Part shown: piece by piece, positions 1 through 9,134 of the stretch
How the letters are laid out: each line of letters begins with the position of its first letter
Numbering within the stretch: the first letter of the stretch is position 1
From: a bacterium
GTDB taxonomy: Bacteria; Patescibacteriota; Patescibacteriia; Patescibacteriales; GWC2-42-12
Reading direction: 5' to 3'
Length of the DNA stretch: 50,874 nt
NCBI GenBank assembly: GCA_030650415.1
Contig: JAUSEG010000006.1
Coordinates: 1 to 50,874 of the forward strand
Position numbers and translations under genes: made by a program
The notes under the pieces: generated by a model
Seen by the model: the letters and a program-made list of their open reading frames with translations, nothing else
Database searches by the model: none
What the model was told of the DNA's origin: nothing

Positions 1-1594
1 GCATCTGTATAAAAACAGGGTTTAAGGACTCTGTTTTTATTTTATTTAAGCCATTAAACATCGGTTCGAACATCGCCGAATTTTGTTTTATAGCTTGAGA
101 GTTCCCCAAAATATATTTAAAGGGTTTTTGTATATCTATAGCCAATTTTCCGTCCTTTAGTATTTGGTTCGAACCTAAACAGGCCAGTATCTCTTTTCTG
201 GTCTGCAGGTCGCCATTTTTAAACCAATAACTGGCATAGCAGGCAAAGTTAAAAGTTTTTTCCGATAATTCCAGCCATTGATCGGCCCGGTGTTCTGTGT
301 CCCTTAACCTTTCAGTCATACCGTCTCTTTGCTTTATTAACTGGTTTTTCTGTCTAAGATATTCATCGTCATCAATTAAATTTTTAAACCGCATCTTGGT
401 AAGTTCGTCAATTTCTCCTTGGACTTGGTTATAGGTTTTTTGCTGATTCTGGTAAATCGTTGTTCTGCCGTCTATTTCTTGGTCGTTCAGTTTATTCAAC
501 CATTTTATCGCCCAATCTTTAAAGCTTTCCGGTATTTCAATTTGTTTTAAATAACCGGCGACTTGTTTTTCCAATTCTTTTTCTTCAATGCACTTTTGCG
601 AGCAATCGGGATTTTTCCTTTTCGTGCAATGATAGTAGGTATAGGTTTTATTTTGCCCGGTCAGTTTCATTATTTTAGTTTTCGTTTCGGCCGTGATTAA
701 AGCCCCGCATTCGCCGCAGCGCATCGAGCCTCTTAAAGGAAAGTCATGTTTTTTAGGCCTTGGCTTGCCCTTCCCGCCCAGTAAAAATTGCACCCGGTCG
801 AATTCCTCGCTGGTTACCATCGGTTCATGCTTGCCAATTTTAATTTCCCCTTGGCAGTGTATCTCGCCAAAATAAAAAGAATTGGTAAAGATTTTATACA
901 AAGTGCTTAGGGCCAAAGGTCTGCCGCCGGACTTTCTTCTTTTAGGAGTTCTAAAGCCCCATTCATTATTGGCCATTTCCCAGATTTGTCTAACCGAATA
1001 ATTGCCGGTTAGCATTAAATCCCACATTTTCCTGATTAGTTTAAATCTTTCAGGATCTGTCAGTATTTTTTTCTCGCCTTTATCGCAAAATTTATCGTTT
1101 CTATAACCTAGAGGCGCGACGCCCGGCATCCAGCCATTATCATATTTAGTTTTTAAGCCTCTTTTAGTATTTTTGCTTAAATCCAATATAAATTGATTGG
1201 CCATGCCGAACTCTACGGCCATGAGCAAGACATTATCTCCTGGCCAATATTCCCTGTCAGAGGCCTGGATATGCTTAATTTTGCCCTTCTGGAGCATATC
1301 TATTAGGTTGCCGCCGTCAATCATATTGCGCGCCAGCCTATCAAGTTTCCAGCAAATAATTCCCTGCGCTTCGCCGCTATCTATTCTTTTGATTACTTCA
1401 TTGAATATCGGCCTGCCGGTGGCTTTAGCCGACTTTGATTCGGTCAAAATATCAATCACTTTAAGATTCATTGTCTCGGCTATCTTTTTTAGTTCATTTA
1501 ACTGCGATTCAATGGATAAAACCTGGCGGTCTTCAGTTTCAGAAGACTTACGGCAGTAAATGATATAATTTATTTTAGAATTTTTATTATTCAT
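1..1594 (-). CDS. Large serine recombinase (resolvase, recombinase and Zn-ribbon domains), 3' end beyond the window
   Basis: Missing from the ORF track because no stop lies in the window. Manual translation from ATG 1594 gives MNNKNSKINYIIYCRKSSETEDRQVLSIESQ (catalytic YxRxS). Later motifs include WKLDRLARN, PLGY, CGECG and YYHC. Confidence 0.92.
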   Translation of the reverse strand, partial: MNNKNSKINYIIYCRKSSETEDRQVLSIESQLNELKKIAETMNLKVIDILTESKSAKATGRPIFNEVIKRIDSGEAQGIICWKLDRLARNMIDGGNLIDMLQKGKIKHIQASDREYWPGDNVLLMAVEFGMANQFILDLSKNTKRGLKTKYDNGWMPGVAPLGYRNDKFCDKGEKKILTDPERFKLIRKMWDLMLTGNYSVRQIWEMANNEWGFRTPKRRKSGGRPLALSTLYKIFTNSFYFGEIHCQGEIKIGKHEPMVTSEEFDRVQFLLGGKGKPRPKKHDFPLRGSMRCGECGALITAETKTKIMKLTGQNKTYTYYHCTKRKNPDCSQKCIEEKELEKQVAGYLKQIEIPESFKDWAIKWLNKLNDQEIDGRTTIYQNQQKTYNQVQGEIDELTKMRFKNLIDDDEYLRQKNQLIKQRDGMTERLRDTEHRADQWLELSEKTFNFACYASYWFKNGDLQTRKEILACLGSNQILKDGKLAIDIQKPFKYILGNSQAIKQNSAMFEPMFNGLNKIKTESLNPVFIQM

Positions 1595-1662
1595 AAAAAG
1601 TTATTCAATGTTTTAAATTATAGCACTATTTTTTATTATACAAAAGAATTTAAAATATTATT

Positions 1663-1815
1663 TTAACTTTTTATCGGTTTGTAAATTTTACTAAATAATC
1701 CTAATAGTTTATAGCCCAACGCCAAAACTTCTTGGTCAGACAAATGTCGGCCAAATTCGTTATAATATATTTCTTTTAGCTCATCGCGGGCTTTTTTAGG
1801 AATTTCAGGACTCAT
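1663..1815 (-). CDS. 50-aa protein directly upstream of the recombinase
   Basis: Manual translation MSPEIPKKARDELKEIYYNEFGRHLSDQEVLALGYKLLGLFSKIYKPIKS; co-oriented with the integrase. Confidence 0.65.
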   Translation of the reverse strand: MSPEIPKKARDELKEIYYNEFGRHLSDQEVLALGYKLLGLFSKIYKPIKS

Positions 1816-1931
1816 TATATTTACTGTTTATTTTTTTATAGTTTAATCCGGAAGCATAGATTGGACATTCCGGGGGTGGCAATTCAATTTTTTCATTGTA
1901 GATAAAAGCACCAAATTGCAAAGAATTGATT

Positions 1932-2192
1932 TTAAGCAGAAACCACTGCCGCTCTTTTGGCCTCTCTGGCTTTTTTGAACCGGTCAGCTATTTCTTGTCT
2001 TTGCTTATCTGTAAAAATTCTTTTTTTGCCTTCCGCCGGTCGTTTGCCAAAGCGACAGGGGAACAGAGCGCAAGATGTTGACTGTATGCCATCACAAGTG
2101 CACAGTTTTACTTCTTTGGCGCTGCCGCCTACGCAGTCGAGGCATTTTGCTCTAATTAATTTTAGCGGAGAGATACATTTTTTATTATCCAT
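1932..2192 (-). CDS. Small Cys-rich, phage-type putative Zn-binding protein
   Basis: IRAKCLDC...VKLC...CALFPCRFG motif and a basic tail. Confidence 0.7.
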   Translation of the reverse strand: MDNKKCISPLKLIRAKCLDCVGGSAKEVKLCTCDGIQSTSCALFPCRFGKRPAEGKKRIFTDKQRQEIADRFKKAREAKRAAVVSA

Positions 2193-2233
2193 ATTTTTAA
2201 GTTAAAAATAATTTTATTGCATTAAGCATTTCC

Positions 2234-2875
2234 ACCGCCTCCGCGTTCGTGGCTGGACACGGCTGGCGTGAGGCGGTAGGGGACGAACGCCGGCAACGAA
2301 ACGAAAATGCCGAGAATAAAGAACGGTCGTTTAAGGAGTGAAGTTTTATTTTTTAAAGGCCGAGCCTCCGCTTCCGAAGAAGCGGTGGCCTTTAAAAAAT
2401 AAAACTTCGATTTAATGGCGGGTTAAAGCGTGAATGGCTAAAAAGGTTTGAGCGCGTCCGACGGCGGGCGTGCGCCTAACTCGATTTTTTAAGACGCCTC
2501 TAAGGTCGTCGTAAAAAACAAGTTAGGCGACGCCCTTGAGCCTGCATCGCCAAGTTCGGCGTGTCGTGGCGCGAAATTAAATGCCGTGAATTGGAGTGGT
2601 CGGGCGAAATCCCACGATAACGGCGGAAAGCGAAAACTAAAAATTTAAAAATTGAAATTGCGAAACGGCCGTCCGAAAAATAGCAAACGCTTGAAACCGG
2701 CGAAGCGTTTAATATTTTTCCGACCGCCGTTTCTTTAGATGAGGTTATCTTTTAAATTTTCAGTTTTCGCTCACCGCCTGCCTGAATGGCACGGTAAATG
2801 CCGAGAGGGAAGAGTGCTCGGAAGTTGCGGGCGGGGAAGTGTTAGTGCGGCTCGCCAAGTTATTGCTCCGCCCGC
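2234..2875. repeat. GC-rich array of long hairpins (structured ssDNA or RNA)
   Basis: Perfect 22-bp stem 2340-2361/2387-2408; imperfect long stems at 2466-2535, 2662-2733 and 2827-2875. Confidence 0.85.
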
Positions 2876-2883
2876 TGAAATTA

Positions 2884-3447
2884 TTAATGTGCGAATAAAA
2901 CGCCTTGTTGTAAATTAACGCCATATTTATCGGTGGCTTTTTGGAATATGGCCAGAATGTCTTTATCAACATCATCGTTGCCGGTAAGTACCTGATAGCG
3001 GAGTTTCATTAATTTTTCTAAATCGCTAACATCAAAAACATAGTTATTGCTCGTTGCCCGGAGTTTAATCTGTTTAAACGCCAGATCGATTAATTCTATG
3101 GTTCTTTGCAGGTGAACGGATTGGGCTGTGGCCTCGCTGATTAAATCATGATTGATTATCTTAGCGGTAATTTCCATCTGCCGGTCAAAGTAATTCGCGA
3201 AATGTCGTGACATGGTGGACTTGGAAAATAAAATATTATGCTTTTCTTTCATGGCGTCGATTATCTGGTGCTGTTTTAGGCCGTTATTTCTTAGTTCGTG
3301 AATTTTTATCATATAGGGCGATTTGCAGATTTCGCAAGGTTTTCTGCAAACTCGTTCGATTTTCAGTTTTTCCAGTTCGTTATTTTTTTCCAATTCGGGC
3401 GATGCGGGATTTTCTGTTTTTTCGTCTGGTTTTGTTTTTTCGTTCAT
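2884..3447 (-). CDS. CxxC plus HTH protein with helical C-terminus; terminase small subunit / Mu gp27-like (tentative)
   Basis: PCEICKSP...GLKQHQII...FSKSTMSRHF followed by amphipathic helices; likely start MNEKTK at 3447. Confidence 0.5.
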   Translation of the reverse strand: MNEKTKPDEKTENPASPELEKNNELEKLKIERVCRKPCEICKSPYMIKIHELRNNGLKQHQIIDAMKEKHNILFSKSTMSRHFANYFDRQMEITAKIINHDLISEATAQSVHLQRTIELIDLAFKQIKLRATSNNYVFDVSDLEKLMKLRYQVLTGNDDVDKDILAIFQKATDKYGVNLQQGVLFAH

Positions 3448-3465
3448 AATTTTTAAAAAAATGAT

Positions 3466-3626
3466 AATTGTTATAAGAATTGTTAAATGCAAATTGTTAA
3501 ATACAGATTGTTAATACATATATAGGGCGGGGGTCGGATTTAACCTTGGGCAAGAGTCGGATTTAACCTTTAGCTGGTGTTGGATTTGACCTTAACCGGT
3601 GTTGAATTTAACCTGAGTGTTGATAA
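3466..3626. promoter_or_regulatory. Putative iteron-type replication origin
   Basis: Four 15-mers GT(C/T)G(G/A)ATTT(A/G)ACCT(T/G) at 3533, 3556, 3579 and 3601 (22-23 bp period). Four AT-rich ATTGTTA repeats at 3466-3517. DnaA-box-like TTATCAACA on the minus strand at 3618-3626. Confidence 0.7.
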
Positions 3627-3653
3627 CTTTTTTTGGCGATTTTATAACATTTA

Positions 3654-4169
3654 TTAATCTGCATAGTCAAGTTGCTCTTCTGAAAACGGCTGGACAAATC
3701 TGTTGCTATTATTTCTCTTCCGAAACTGGCTATCATTTTTTTCAATATTCATTTGCTGTTGATTCCTCAATCTTACATTTTTATCCTCGCCGGCTTTCCT
3801 TGGATTGATGCAGCTGTCAGGAAAGACTAGTGTATAAATTTTAGATTGGCTGTTTTCCTTTTTCCTTTTTTTAACCCAGCCCCTTTGCACCAACTCTTTT
3901 ATATGGTCTTTTATTCTTTCCAATGACATCCCGAGCGCCTTGGCCATACGCCTTTGTTTCCAAAAGCTTTCCCCGTATTTATTAGAAACCAGGTAAAGGA
4001 ATAGCCAAACCATTTTAGCCCCCTTAGTTACTGTTTTATCACGCAGATATTCGCCCGGAATGCTTGCGTAGCGTTTTAGCGTTTTGCTTAAACCAGCCTC
4101 GCGCTTGAGATCTTCAGGCGACTTGAATTCGGGCTCTTTAAATTGTTGCTCTTCCATCGTATCTGGCAT
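3654..4169 (-). CDS. Winged-helix (HTH_36-like) replication initiator-type protein
   Basis: AKMVWLFL...ESFWKQRRMAKALGMSLERIKDHIKELVQRGWV...IYTL; adjacent to the iterons. Confidence 0.72.
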   Translation of the reverse strand: MPDTMEEQQFKEPEFKSPEDLKREAGLSKTLKRYASIPGEYLRDKTVTKGAKMVWLFLYLVSNKYGESFWKQRRMAKALGMSLERIKDHIKELVQRGWVKKRKKENSQSKIYTLVFPDSCINPRKAGEDKNVRLRNQQQMNIEKNDSQFRKRNNSNRFVQPFSEEQLDYAD

Positions 4170-4304
4170 TTTATTTTAATTTATTTGCTTAATTGCAGGG
4201 CCTAAAATTTTTTCCATACAAAAAAACTAAGTGTCATACTTAGTCTATAAAACCAATAAATATTTGTATATGAAACTAAAAACGGGGTTTTAAATTCCTA
4301 AATT

Positions 4305-5141
4305 TTATCCAGGATATCTAATATCATCTGCGTATAATAAATGGCTCCACACCATTTTATTTATATCTGAATCTTTGCATTCTTTGGGCATAAGACTGGA
4401 GAATTCATCTTCAAGCGTCAACCTTGTTTCTTTATATGACTTCTTGTTAATTCTCCGTAATTCATAAGCTCTTAAGTTTCTTTTGTACAGCTTATTTTTA
4501 TTCATGTTAATTTGCAGTTTATATTTATTTTTGTAAGCTCGCTTTTTTATTTTAAGTTCATGTTTAATAAACTTAAAATCCCCGATTTCGGTCGCCTCAT
4601 GAATCTTAATTGTAAGATCGTCGTTGACCTTCGGCAAATAGTCGGCTAGTATTGATTCTCTATGCTTTATTGTCAGATTCTTTGGTATAGTTAAAAGCCT
4701 GGCGCTAATAGGTTTTTTCCAAACACGATGATTTCTTCTCACGAGATAATAAATAAAAGATTTGCCGACTATAATTTCTTTTATAAGGCCCAGGATATTG
4801 TTTTTTCTTGTTGGGTAGGGCCGGTTAATTTTTTCCGCTTCTTTTTTAACTGAATCATAATCTGAGTGTAGCGAAGAAATATTTTTATCTATTTCTTGAA
4901 TCTTCGGCCCTTCTTCGGGGATTGAATCGGCCCAAATGTTAAATGCCCGGTCTATTAATTCATCAAGGTTAGCCGCTCCAGCAAATTTGTCTTTGTTTTT
5001 ATCGAATAAATCGTCGGGTATTTTAAACATGACTCTGAAGTCTTCTATTTCCAAAGTAACCCTTTTATTTCTATATATTCCTATAATATTAGATTCAATT
5101 CTATCTAAGATTATTTCTTTGGCAGATTTAGTCTTAAGCAT
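4305..5141 (-). CDS. Hypothetical basic protein
   Basis: 278-aa ORF with no recognised motif. Confidence 0.6.
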   Translation of the reverse strand: MLKTKSAKEIILDRIESNIIGIYRNKRVTLEIEDFRVMFKIPDDLFDKNKDKFAGAANLDELIDRAFNIWADSIPEEGPKIQEIDKNISSLHSDYDSVKKEAEKINRPYPTRKNNILGLIKEIIVGKSFIYYLVRRNHRVWKKPISARLLTIPKNLTIKHRESILADYLPKVNDDLTIKIHEATEIGDFKFIKHELKIKKRAYKNKYKLQINMNKNKLYKRNLRAYELRRINKKSYKETRLTLEDEFSSLMPKECKDSDINKMVWSHLLYADDIRYPG

Positions 5142-5208
5142 AAGTTTTGTTATTTGTCTTTATTTTACCTTAATATTAAAATTCAATCAAAGCGGACTTT
5201 TATTTTTG

Positions 5209-5237
5209 TTGAAAGAGAATTTAAAAGGTGATATACT
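5209..5237 (+). promoter_or_regulatory. Sigma70-type promoter of the R-M operon
   Basis: TTGAAA-17-TATACT with extended TG. Confidence 0.55.
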
Positions 5238-5347
5238 TTTGTTATCAGAAGATTGTAATAATCGCCAAGCCGAACAACTAGCCAGTCTAAAAATCGTAAC
5301 TGGTTTGATATCGGCATTGACGAATTAATAAATAATAAAATATAAAG

Positions 5348-6331
5348 ATGCCGATAGATCAAGGCAGAGCATTTGAATATGCCTGCATATCAGCGTTAAA
5401 TGAAGCTATCACTCGAGCCGGTCAAAACCCGACAATAAATCGGGATAGTAGTTTTGAAATCGCCGAGCAAAATTTTAATTTATTAGCCGATGAAAATAGG
5501 GAGCATGCGGAAGATTTGCGCAAAGCCGCTAGTAAAGTTTCCGAAACGCTTTTAAAAACAGAGCCAAAGCTCAATACGGCTGAAGACTCTTTTCGGGAGC
5601 TAACGCTTTCAATACAGCCTGACACGGCCGGGATGTCTGGAGATGTGCGGGATGTTATTGTTATAAAAGCAAGTACTGGAAATCAAGATAATTGGGAGAT
5701 CGGATTATCTTGCAAGCATAATCATCAAGCGGTTAAGCATCAGCGGGTTTCACCAACAATTGATTTTGGCGATATCTGGCTTGGATTTCCTTTGAGCCAA
5801 GATGAAAAATTAGAGTTGAATAGAATATTTGGGCAAATTGATAACGAGATAGCGGGCGGAAAAATAAAATGGTCTGAAGTAGAAACAAAAGAGGATCGTT
5901 ATTATATTCCAATTTTAAATTTAATTTTGGGAAAAATAGGAAACCATCCCGAGCAGAGCCAATTAGCCAATCATTTTCTCGGGTATTTGATAGGGAAAAA
6001 AGATTTTTACAAAGCAATCTACCGGCAGGCGAAGGGTACTGTTCAGATTCAGGGCTTTAATTTATACGGAAGCTTAAACAAACCAGCGGGGAGTCGGCGC
6101 CCGGAACAAAATATAAACAGGATTAATTTGCCGGAAAGAATTATAGGCTGTGGAATTAAGCCCGGCAGCAAGACCACCTTAGAAATCTTTTTTGACCGGG
6201 GCTGGCAAGTATCTATGAGAGTGCATAATGCCTCTACACGCTTAGAAAAGAGCCTTAAAATGGATGTTGGGCTTATAGGCAATCCCCAAGAATTATTTAG
6301 TTTTACACATACATTAAATGACAACCAATAA
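5348..6331 (+). CDS. HaeIII-family type II restriction endonuclease (probably GGCC)
   Basis: DQGRAFEYAC, GDVRDV, WEIGLSCKHNHQAVKH, GWQVSMRVHNAST; overlaps the downstream MTase. Confidence 0.85.
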   Translation: MPIDQGRAFEYACISALNEAITRAGQNPTINRDSSFEIAEQNFNLLADENREHAEDLRKAASKVSETLLKTEPKLNTAEDSFRELTLSIQPDTAGMSGDVRDVIVIKASTGNQDNWEIGLSCKHNHQAVKHQRVSPTIDFGDIWLGFPLSQDEKLELNRIFGQIDNEIAGGKIKWSEVETKEDRYYIPILNLILGKIGNHPEQSQLANHFLGYLIGKKDFYKAIYRQAKGTVQIQGFNLYGSLNKPAGSRRPEQNINRINLPERIIGCGIKPGSKTTLEIFFDRGWQVSMRVHNASTRLEKSLKMDVGLIGNPQELFSFTHTLNDNQ

Positions 6332-7400
6332 TTTAAAAATTGCATCTTTATTTTCTGGCTGCGGCGGGTTAGACCTAGGCTTTGACAAAGCTGGGTTTTA
6401 CGTTGTTTGGGCAAATGAATTTGATGGCACAATTTGGGAAACATTTGAATTTAATTTTCCAAAAGTAAAGCTGGATAAAAGGAGTATCGTAGATGTTCCG
6501 GCTTCTGAAATTCCCGATATTGATGGGATGATAGGCGGTCCGCCATGCCAAAGCTGGAGCGAGGCTGGGGCGGGTAGGGGAATAAACGATAAGCGAGGCC
6601 AGTTATTTTATGATTATATCCGCATACTTAAAGCAAAGCAGCCGAAATTTTTTCTTGCTGAAAATGTTTCCGGCATTCTCCACCCGCAACATGCCAAAGC
6701 TTTTACGAATATTATCCAAGAATTTAAGAATGCTGGATATGAAGTGTCTTATAAACTTTTGAACGCCAACGATTATGGCGTCCCCGAGGATAGGCTCCGC
6801 GTGATTATAGTCGGTTACCACAAAAAATTGAAAAAGAAATTTGAATTTCCAAATCCCCTAAAGAGCAAGCCAGTTTTGAAAGATGCCATTTTTGATTTGC
6901 GCTTGGCAAAGCCTGCTAAAGATAAAAATAAAACTAATGGCGATGTTTTAAAGGTTCCGAACCATGAATATATGAATGGTGGCTTTTCGACTATTTATAT
7001 GTCCCGAAATAGGGTGAGGGGTTGGGATGAGCCATCGTTTACCATCCAGGCAGGCGGAAGGCATGCCCCAATTCACCCTCAAGCCCCCAAGATGAAATTT
7101 ATTAGCCAAAATAAACGAATTTTTATGCCGGGCAAGGAAAAATTATATCGCCGCCTTTCGGTTAGGGAATGTGCACGAATACAAACATTCCCTGATAATT
7201 TTATTTTTAAATATCGTGATATAGCAGATGGGTATAAAATGATTGGGAATGCAGTGCCTGTTGAATTCGCCCGCCACATTGCAAATAAAATATGCCAGGA
7301 TTTAAGCGGTATATCGGAGGCATTAAACTATGGACAAATTTACCAAAGAAAAGAGGAGCGAGATTATGTCAAAAATTCGCTCGCAAAATACCAAAGTTGA
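6318..7400 (+). CDS. DNA (cytosine-5) methyltransferase, M.HaeIII-like
   Basis: FSGCGG, GPPCQSWS, ENV, SRNRVR, RRLSVRECARIQ, GNAVP. Confidence 0.95.
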   Translation: MTTNNLKIASLFSGCGGLDLGFDKAGFYVVWANEFDGTIWETFEFNFPKVKLDKRSIVDVPASEIPDIDGMIGGPPCQSWSEAGAGRGINDKRGQLFYDYIRILKAKQPKFFLAENVSGILHPQHAKAFTNIIQEFKNAGYEVSYKLLNANDYGVPEDRLRVIIVGYHKKLKKKFEFPNPLKSKPVLKDAIFDLRLAKPAKDKNKTNGDVLKVPNHEYMNGGFSTIYMSRNRVRGWDEPSFTIQAGGRHAPIHPQAPKMKFISQNKRIFMPGKEKLYRRLSVRECARIQTFPDNFIFKYRDIADGYKMIGNAVPVEFARHIANKICQDLSGISEALNYGQIYQRKEERDYVKNSLAKYQS

Positions 7401-7734
7401 AATTTTAATTTTTCGTGAGTTAAGGAAGCGAAAAATATATTTTCAAAAGCATTATAAAAAAATTCTTGGTTGCCCGGATATAGCTTTGCCAAGAAAAAAG
7501 AAAGCAATATTTATTGATGGAGATTTTTGGCACGGATACCAATTTTTAAGATTAAAAAAGAGATTACCCAAAAAATATTGGTTAAAGAAAATTGAAGGCA
7601 ATGTAAAGCGCGACTTAAGAAATCGCACACAATTGAAACGCGCTGGTTGGAAAATTTTAAAAATTTGGGAGCATGAGATTGCTAACGATTTTACAAAGAG
7701 CATGAATAAAGTAATTAACATTTTGGGAGATTGA
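7330..7734 (+). CDS. vsr: Very short patch repair endonuclease
   Basis: RSEIMSKIRSQNTKVE, PDI, FIDGDFWHG, IWEHE. Confidence 0.93.
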   Translation: MDKFTKEKRSEIMSKIRSQNTKVEILIFRELRKRKIYFQKHYKKILGCPDIALPRKKKAIFIDGDFWHGYQFLRLKKRLPKKYWLKKIEGNVKRDLRNRTQLKRAGWKILKIWEHEIANDFTKSMNKVINILGD

Positions 7735-7779
7735 CTATAAAATAAAATACCAAAATTAAAATATAGTCATTTTAATTTA

Positions 7780-7808
7780 TTGACTTTAGGTTTATGATTT
7801 GGTAAGAT
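7780..7808 (+). promoter_or_regulatory. Sigma70-type promoter upstream of the SAM riboswitch
   Basis: TTGACT-17-TAAGAT. Confidence 0.6.
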
Positions 7809-7830
7809 AAAAGTACAATTGAATAGTTAA

Positions 7831-7932
7831 GTTATCAAGAGTGCAGCGAGGGAACTAGCCCGACGACCTGCCAGCAACCCCGGAGCAATCCATCCGGAAG
7901 GTGCCAATTCTAGCCCGACAAGGGAAAGATAA
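7831..7932 (+). ncRNA. SAM-I (S-box) riboswitch aptamer
   Basis: TTATCAAGAG...GAGGGA..TAGCCCGACGA...CAGCAACC...AAGGTGCCAATTC...GAAAGATAA matches the S-box consensus; P1 is TTATC/GATAA. Confidence 0.88.
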
Positions 7933-7953
7933 AGGTCGATTTTTTATTGGTAA

Positions 7954-7995
7954 AATAAAAAACTCTTTCTTTTCTCGGGGAAGAGGTTTTTTATT
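7954..7995 (+). terminator. Riboswitch expression-platform terminator
   Basis: AAAAAACTCTTTC...GAAGAGGTTTTTT hairpin with a T-tract before ATG 8016. Confidence 0.6.
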
Positions 7996-8015
7996 AATTA
8001 TTAACAATTAAATTT

Positions 8016-8726
8016 ATGGAAAACAAAATTAAAGAGCTGCGTGATTTTTATCTTTTAGACGGCAAGCTACTATACGTTTCCAAAGACTTTATTGGTTTTG
8101 ACCCGATTATTGGTAAAGGGTTATCTTATGAGCGCAATAAAAAAGAAAATACCACAATCAAGCTTGATAAATTTAAAATCGGGGAAACTTCTTTTAATGT
8201 TGTTTTGACTAGCTTTATGGATTGGGGTCCGTTAAGGGGTTATCATCGAGCAGAAATATTAAAAAATGGCTATAGCATTATAAATTATGAACACGGCGGC
8301 ATGGGGCATGGGTCTAACTATTGTAAAGGTGATTATTTTCACAAAGAAAATAAAGACGCTTTTTTACTCAAAAATGGTTATGCGCTTAAAGATAGATTAA
8401 GTGATAAAATTTATTTAGATCTTAACGGCAATAATGATTATCTGTTTTGGTTTAAGAATATAGTTATACCGACTAAGGGCAAAAATTGGCCAGCCGATGG
8501 CAGAGCGTTAGAAAATAACCGCTCCTATATTTGCGCTGAAATAGAATCTCTAAGGCAAATTCAATGGGAAGCGAATGTAAATTTTAGCAATCACCATATT
8601 TATATCAAAAAGACAGCTGTGCCGTATTGCTCACTTGTTTATTGGAGATCGGCCGATGATTATCAAATATATAGAAAAGATAGTTGGCAGACGGCGCTTG
8701 ATAAAATAGAGCTCATATTCATATAA
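8016..8726 (+). CDS. Hypothetical protein under SAM-I control
   Basis: 236-aa ORF with no recognisable Met/SAM-pathway motif. Confidence 0.7.
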   Translation: MENKIKELRDFYLLDGKLLYVSKDFIGFDPIIGKGLSYERNKKENTTIKLDKFKIGETSFNVVLTSFMDWGPLRGYHRAEILKNGYSIINYEHGGMGHGSNYCKGDYFHKENKDAFLLKNGYALKDRLSDKIYLDLNGNNDYLFWFKNIVIPTKGKNWPADGRALENNRSYICAEIESLRQIQWEANVNFSNHHIYIKKTAVPYCSLVYWRSADDYQIYRKDSWQTALDKIELIFI

Positions 8727-8756
8727 AGCTGATTAAATAATTAAAATTTATTAAAT

Positions 8757-8981
8757 ATGATTATTCCAAATTTAGGGCAATATAAGTCAGTAGGCGAATG
8801 GTATGACCATTTTATAACTAACGGCTATGCTATACCTTTATCTTTATGCAACGGCTTGACATGGGTTATGAAAAGACATAATTTTACCTTTGCTCAAGCA
8901 TTTGAATTCTTAGAGAAGAATGAAAAAATTATATTAGCCGGTAGATCATTTATCTATGACATGTCTGGCGACGGACTATAA
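8757..8981 (+). CDS. Hypothetical small protein
   Basis: 74-aa ORF with AT-rich start context. Confidence 0.55.
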   Translation: MIIPNLGQYKSVGEWYDHFITNGYAIPLSLCNGLTWVMKRHNFTFAQAFEFLEKNEKIILAGRSFIYDMSGDGL

Positions 8982-9134
8982 TTGATTTAATTTACTAATT
9001 TCTGATGTAATAGCTTATTTTACAGCAAGTATTAGACTTTTTTAGGTTGACTTAGAGATTCAAGGGTGGTAGATTAAGAATATAAGTTTTACATTTTTGG
9101 ACATAAAATTAGGTAGATTATTTTATTAAATAAT

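Noticed and set aside
693..1559. Plus-strand ORFs 693-875 and 1197-1559
   Set aside because: Antisense shadows of the serine recombinase.
3533..3615. Regularly spaced repeats as a mini CRISPR array
   Set aside because: Repeats of 15 bp with 7-8 bp spacers are too short, and there are no cas genes; iterons fit better.
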